A DNA stretch of 64,000 nucleotides. Source: Phyllosticta citribraziliensis. Its lineage: Eukaryota. The notes beneath the pieces were generated by a model, which saw only the letters and a list, made by a program, of their open reading frames with translations, was not told where the DNA came from and did not search any database. This document shows positions 61,027 to 64,000 of the stretch, piece after piece; position 1 is the first letter of the stretch; every line of letters begins with the position of its first letter. A program made the position numbers and the translations under genes. The stretch covers positions 310,001-374,000 of the forward strand of contig NW_027117353.1 of the NCBI RefSeq assembly GCF_038025025.1, in the 5' to 3' direction.

Positions 61027-63112
61027 ATGGTACGACGAGTCTCTCCTCCAGCTCCCATTTCGCTTTCACACCTCCCGATTAACTCGTCCGACCAAGGAGC
61101 AGACGAGCCAGAAAGGGAACCTCTGATAGCCTCTCCCGCCTCGTCATCTACCTCGTCCCCTCCACGTGCTCCTCCACGTCAGACCGCGGCTGGCAGTACC
61201 CAACCTGCCGTTGTCAAGTCGCCGCCACGGTCGCCTGCTGGCTCGTCGCCGACTGATTCTCTTCTTGGAATTCACAGCGAACCATCGCTCGCTTCCGTCA
61301 TGGAGAAGGTCAAGAGCTCCAAGCTTGCCTACTATCTCGACAAGCTTGCCGTCGAGAGCGAACCTGGTCTCACGAGCACACAATTGTTGCTCACAAATTA
61401 CGACCTCAAGCCCGTTGAGCAAGAACGTCGTCAATGGCGCTCCTGGAACTTTGTGGGGTTTTGGGTTGGTATGTATCTTTCCGGCGCGCCCAACCATGAT
61501 GCGAGCTGACACGCCCCAACAGCCGATTCGTTCAACATCAACACTTGGATGATTGCGTCGTCGACAATCTCCAATGGTTGCTCTTGGTGGCAGGCATGGA
61601 TCTGCGTTTGGATTGGTTACGCCATTGCAGCCTGTTTTGTTTGTGCGACTGGTCGGATTGGCGCCACTTACCACATCGGCTTTCCAGTCGTCAACAGAGC
61701 CTCTTTTGGCATCTGGGGCTCGCTGTGGCCTGTTTTTAACCGCGCTGCCATGGCTTGCATCTGGTACGGCGTCCAGGCGTGGATCGGAGGTGAGTGCGTG
61801 CAATTAATGATTCGAGCCATCTGGAACAACTGGCGAGAGGTAAGCATGCTCACCCACGTCTATGACCAATCCCACTTATCATGGACAGAACGCTGTTCAC
61901 AATGGCATCGAAAGCTCTGGGACGTCGACCGTCATGTTTGTGAGCTTCTTCTTCTTTTGGCTTTTCAGTCTTCCGGCCATTTGGTTTCCGGTCCACAAGA
62001 TCCGCCACCTCTTCACCGTCAAGGCCTACGTCGTCCCCGTTGCGGCAATCGCCTTCTTCATTTGGTTCATCGTCAAAGCTGGCGGAATCGGACCAATCGT
62101 TCACCAACCGGCATCTCTCAAAGGCAGCGCCTTGGCCTGGGAAATTGTCAAAGGCATCATGAGCTCCATTGCAAACTTTAGCACCCTCATCGTCAACGAT
62201 CCGGATTTTTCGAGATTTGCAAAGTCTCCGCGCAGCGCGCTTTGGTCGCAGCTGTTCACCATTCCGATTGGATTTGGAATCACCTCATTTATTGGCATCA
62301 TTGTCTCGTCTTCGGCGAAAGTTATTTACCCCGACTCCGACCCGGTGTGGAATCCTCTTGATCTTTTGACCATGGTGCTGGATCGGGAGAACACGAACGC
62401 CAACCGCTTTGGCGTCTTCGTCATTGCTGCCGCGTTCTCTCTCGCCCAGCTCGGCACAAACATCGCAGCCAACTCTGTGTCAGCCGGAACTGACATGACT
62501 GCTCTCCTTCCGCGCTACATCAACATCCGCCGTGGAGGCTATGTTTGCGCGCTCGTTGGCCTCTGCATGTGCCCATGGAACTTGGTCAACACCAGCAACA
62601 ACTTTACCACGTACCTGTCCGCCTACTCGGTCTTCCTGTCGTCAATCGCAGGCGTCATGATTTGCGACTACTACATTGTTCGCAAGGGCTACTTCGACAT
62701 CAAGCAGCTCTACTCGAGCCGAGAGGCCGGAGCCTACTTCTTCACGGCAGGCTTCCACTGGCGCGGCTACGCGGCGTACATTTGCGGAATCCTCATCAAC
62801 GTCGTGGGCTTCGCCGGCGCCGTCGGTCGTAAAGTGCCGGCCGGAGCGACGTACATCTACAACCTGAATTACTTTACTGGATTCATCGTCAGCAGCGTGG
62901 TCTACTGGTTGCTTTGCAAAGTCAGCCCTATACCGGCGACGAGTGACGTGTGGATGGAGGTTGGCGACGAAATTAATGACATTAGCCTTGCTGAAGGGGA
63001 TAGGGCGAGCGAACGATATGATGAGGAGGTCATGGCTGGTGGAGTCAAGGCGGAAGACGGTAAAGAGCACAAGACGTCGCTTGCCAGTAGAATTAGAAGG
63101 CGCCTGGACTAA
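61027..63112 (+). CDS. NCS1 nucleobase:cation symporter, Fur4/Dal4-like uracil/allantoin permease (introns 61469-61522, 61840-61888; alternative start 61300)
   Basis: [14 protein letters not shown]...[79 protein letters not shown]. Confidence 0.92.
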
Positions 63113-63498
63113 AAGGGTATGTGGGTTTGGAGGTCATTCGATATCACGACGGAGCTTCGACGGGAAACCGTTGTTACGAGAGCAAAAAAATTTCTTTTAT
63201 CTTTCTAGAGGAGCACTTTCGCGACGGTCGAAGAATGAGACATTCCATCGAGCCGCAGGGACGAGGCACGTGAGAACGAGTGGAGCTCCGATCCAACTTC
63301 CCAAACGGGAAAGTTGCTTGCTGTCCTCTTCGGAGCCGCCTGACTAATCGAACGGTGGCGGCGGACGCGCTGACAACCTGGCACCTGGCACCTGGCCACC
63401 TCTCCACTGCCCCCAAGCTCTGAGCTCCAAGCTCAAAAACACCACCTCTTCACGCCCGCTACCAACCAATTCCACCCACGACCGTCAACACACACACG

Positions 63499-64000
63499 AT
63501 GGTCCGTCTCTCATTCCTCAGCGGCCTCGCCCTCCTCGGCGCGTCTGCCAGCGCCGCCGTCCTCGACCTCGTCCCGGACAACTTTGACGACATTGTCCTC
63601 AAGTCGGGCAAGCCGGCGCTCGTCGAATTCTTCGCGCCGTGGTGCGGACACTGCAAGAACCTGGCGCCCGTGTACGAGGAGCTCGGCGGCGTGTTCGAGT
63701 ACGCAAAGGACAAGGTCAGCGTGGCCAAGGTCGACGCCGACGCGCACCGCTCGCTGGGCCAGAAGTTCGGCGTGCAGGGCTTCCCCACGCTCAAGTGGTT
63801 CGACGGCAAGAGCGACACACCCGAGGACTACAAGGGGGGACGTGACTTGGAGAGCTTGAGCGCCTTCATTCAGGAGAAGACGGGCGTCAAGCCCAAGGTC
63901 AAGGGCAAGGCGCCGTCGGAGGTGGTCGAGTTGGACGACACGAGCTTCAAGGAGCAGGTTGGTGGCGAGCAGCACGTCATTGTTGCTTTCACAGCGCCGT
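63499..64000 (+). CDS. tigA: Protein disulfide isomerase, TigA/Erp38-type, 5' part (runs off the window)
   Basis: Signal peptide MVRLSFLSGLALLGASASA, thioredoxin domain LVEFFAPWCGHCKNLAP...GFPTLKWF...YKGGRDLESL, and a second Trx domain beginning (VAFTAP). Confidence 0.88.
   Translation, partial: MVRLSFLSGLALLGASASAAVLDLVPDNFDDIVLKSGKPALVEFFAPWCGHCKNLAPVYEELGGVFEYAKDKVSVAKVDADAHRSLGQKFGVQGFPTLKWFDGKSDTPEDYKGGRDLESLSAFIQEKTGVKPKVKGKAPSEVVELDDTSFKEQVGGEQHVIVAFTAP

Noticed and set aside
1..64000. tRNA, rRNA, CRISPR array, LTR/TIR transposon or secondary-metabolite cluster
   Set aside because: None was seen. Repeats are limited to microsatellites and the pheromone coding repeat, and there is no PKS, NRPS or transposase sequence.

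Overview
GC-rich, intron-containing DNA from a filamentous ascomycete (Pezizomycotina; a Dothideomycete is my inference from protein and intergenic style, not demonstrated). About 21 protein-coding genes, in order: 3' end of a phospholipase D, a 68-aa repeat-type CAAX pheromone precursor, PFA3, CDT2, RRP5, a hybrid histidine kinase, a microbial-type PARG, MRT4, MDM10, an RfeB/Phx1-like homeodomain factor, a secreted GH43, a YLR345W-like PFK-2/FBPase-2, TOM40, TOM22, FTA4, a CNOT11-like protein, PMP3, transketolase, MIC10, URB2, an NCS1 nucleobase permease, and the 5' part of a TigA/Erp38-type PDI. I saw no transposon, tRNA, rRNA or CRISPR. The most interesting locus is at about 0.7-2.25 kb. 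It holds a tiny a-class/hybrid-type lipopeptide pheromone precursor with three VDMYGC(T/S)V(Q/M) copies. Upstream lie eight same-strand ACAAT (HMG-box-like) sites and a TATA box, and downstream lies a nested multibranch RNA structure in the presumed 3' UTR. Also notable are the MDM10/TOM40/TOM22/MIC10 grouping, a CNOT11-like gene in a fungus, and a frame-required GC-AG intron in RRP5. Exon boundaries were read by eye, and homology calls come from motif recognition, not database searches.
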